Positions 62,651 to 64,000 of a DNA stretch of 64,000 nucleotides are shown here, one piece after another. Source of the stretch: Kiritimatiellales bacterium (GTDB lineage: Bacteria; Verrucomicrobiota; Kiritimatiellia; Kiritimatiellales; Pontiellaceae); assembly GCA_003246265.1 (NCBI GenBank), contig QKAU01000051.1, forward strand, positions 5,288 to 69,287, read 5' to 3'. Both the position numbers and the translations under genes were made by a program. The notes below the pieces were generated by a model, which was given only the letters and a program-made list of their open reading frames with translations, did not search any database and had not been told where the DNA came from. Numbering within the stretch: position 1 is the stretch's first letter; each line of letters starts with the position of its first letter.

Positions 62651-64000
62651 CTAGGCCTTGCGTCTAACGAGGCGGGCGAGGTCGTCGAGGATCATGGTAA
62701 GCGAAGGGATCAGGACGAGGGTGATGCCGGTGGCGAAGAGGATGCCGAAGCCGAGCGAGATCGCCATGGGGATCAGGAAGCGGGCCTGCCGCGAGGTTTC
62801 CAGGATCATCGGGGTCAGCCCGCCGAAGGTGGTGAGCGTCGTGAGCAGGATCGGCCGAAAGCGCTGGATGCCGGCGGCAACCACGGCGTCGTGCATGTCG
62901 GCCCCCTCCCGCCGCCGCTGGTTGGCGAAGTCGATGAGCACCAGCGAGTCGTTGACCACGACGCCCGAGAGGGCGACGACGCCGAAGAGGCTCATCAGGC
63001 TGAGGCTGTAGCCGAGCAGCAGGTGGCCCAGCACGGCCCCGACGATCCCGAAGGGGATGGAAACCATGATGATGAGCGGCTGGCCATAGCTCTTGAAGGG
63101 GATGGCCAGCAGGACATAGATCATCAGGAGCGCGGCGTAGAGGCCGATGATCAGCCCGCCCACGCTTTCGCGGCGGTCGGCCTGCCGCCCTTCGAAGGAG
63201 TAGGAGAGCCCGGCATGCCGCTGCATCACGTCGGGGAGGATCTCGCCCGTGAGCACCGTAAGCATCTGCTCCGCCTGGGAGCGCGGGGTGACATCGGCCG
63301 TGACCGTGACGACCCGGCGGCCTTCGCGGCGGTTGATGGCGGTATAGGCGCGCCCGCGCGTGGCTTCGGCCACCTCGCGCAGGGGCACCTCGGTGCCGAG
63401 TGGCGTGCGGATCATCATCTCCTCCAGGCTGGCTTCGGTCCTGCGCTCCGTCGCGGGGAGGCGGACCATCACCTTGATCTCGTTGCGGCCGCGCTGCTGG
63501 CGGATCGCCTCGGCGCCGTAGTAGGCGTTGCGCACCTGCCGCGCCACGTCGCGCGAAGTCAGTCCCAGCGCCCGCCCGGCGGGGAGGATGGAGAAGTCGA
63601 TCTGCGGCTTGCCCGGCGTGAAGCCGTCGTCGATGTCGCGCACCATGGGGTAGTCGGCGAGCCGCTCGGCGACCTCCTTGCTGGCCTGCTCGAGCACGGA
63701 CATCCTGCGGTGGGAGAGCTCGACCGTGAGGGCGTCGCTGCCGCCGCCGGGGCCGCCGGAATCGGCCCGGAACCGGATGTTCTTGAGCCCGCCGATCTCC
63801 CCGGCGGCCGCGCGCCAGCGGTCGACGAACTGCTGCGTGGAGACGGGCCGCTTGTCGGGCTCGAGCAACTGGTAGGTGACGCGCGCGACGTGGCCGCCCG
63901 AGGCGCCGCCAAACCCGGAACCGATTTCGGAGAAGACCCCCTTGGCCAGCTTGCGCCCGCTCTCCCGCTCGATCTCGGCGATGACCCGGTTGCCGGCCTC
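62651..64000 (-). CDS. RND efflux transporter permease subunit (AcrB/CzcA family), C-terminal part; 5' end lies outside the window
   Basis: The frame stays open to nt 64000 (..EAGNRVIAEIERESGRKLAKGVFSEIGSGFGG..), and the listed start 63868 is an internal TTG. The C-terminal TM bundle is ...SLMSLFGVVALSGVVVNDSLVLIDF...RFRPILLTTLTTFGGLTPM. Confidence 0.85.
   Translation of the reverse strand, partial: EAGNRVIAEIERESGRKLAKGVFSEIGSGFGGASGGHVARVTYQLLEPDKRPVSTQQFVDRWRAAAGEIGGLKNIRFRADSGGPGGGSDALTVELSHRRMSVLEQASKEVAERLADYPMVRDIDDGFTPGKPQIDFSILPAGRALGLTSRDVARQVRNAYYGAEAIRQQRGRNEIKVMVRLPATERRTEASLEEMMIRTPLGTEVPLREVAEATRGRAYTAINRREGRRVVTVTADVTPRSQAEQMLTVLTGEILPDVMQRHAGLSYSFEGRQADRRESVGGLIIGLYAALLMIYVLLAIPFKSYGQPLIIMVSIPFGIVGAVLGHLLLGYSLSLMSLFGVVALSGVVVNDSLVLIDFANQRRREGADMHDAVVAAGIQRFRPILLTTLTTFGGLTPMILETSRQARFLIPMAISLGFGILFATGITLVLIPSLTMILDDLARLVRRKA

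Noticed and set aside
1-64000. CRISPR arrays, rRNA and tRNA genes
   Set aside because: No regularly spaced direct repeats were seen. None of the intergenic regions contains a tRNA-like T-arm (GGTTCGAATCC-type) or rRNA signatures. The largest non-coding gaps are listed as regulatory regions instead. A tRNAscan/Infernal run would confirm.

Overview
High-GC bacterial chromosomal window. Hand counts of single 60-nt lines give about 63% GC in the flanks. It is densely coded, and about 60 protein genes are supportable. I found no rRNA, tRNA, CRISPR array, transposase or integrase. Every large ORF antisense to a called gene looks like a high-GC artefact. DUF1573, PEGA, TAT-exported redox proteins and a Tad-like locus together suggest a PVC-type or similar Gram-negative organism, but this is not verifiable here. 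Gene order: (1) 1-9.7 kb is a catabolic cluster with a GH43/117-like hydrolase, an SSS transporter, a cytosolic binding-protein-like gene, a tandem-fused family III CoA-transferase, IclR, enoyl-CoA hydratase and aldehyde dehydrogenase. (2) GNAT plus RimK-like ATP-grasp, then ppnP, pyk and slyX. (3) Two tandem PAS-PP2C phosphatases plus DUF1573. (4) nrdD, a redoxin gene and nrdG, with a near-consensus NrdR box. (5) cvpA, dnaG and alaS, the last carrying a roughly 105-aa insertion. (6) A 1.4-kb low-GC islet (40% GC in the one core line counted) with three orphan genes. (7) creBCD, with a textbook TTCAC-N6-TTCAC cre-tag array upstream of creD. (8) A TAT-type periplasmic redox cluster: AKR, an unknown gene, DUF362 and a NapH-NapG-like fused polyferredoxin. 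(9) DUF504, a cytochrome c-PQQ dehydrogenase, a radical SAM gene, a lipoprotein, thyX, an HMGL-like aldolase, a non-RD Ser/Thr kinase and an azoreductase-like gene. (10) trpF-gluQ-trpB. (11) 47.4-58.7 kb is a Tad/Flp-like (type IVc) pilus-type locus. It has two Flp pilins, TadE/TadG/TadE pseudopilins, CpaB, an FHA-like::CpaF ATPase, TadB and TadC. It also has an FHA-TM-TPR protein, a 5x PEGA lipoprotein and DUF192. No secretin, TadZ/CpaE or prepilin peptidase lies in or next to it. (12) yicC, gmk, an SLC12-like permease and a partial RND pump. The best candidate for something undescribed is the secretin-less, FHA-associated Tad-like machine. Secondary candidates are the low-GC orphan operon, the NapH-NapG fusion redox module and the fused CoA-transferase cluster. 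All family calls rest on motif recognition by eye. No database search was run.
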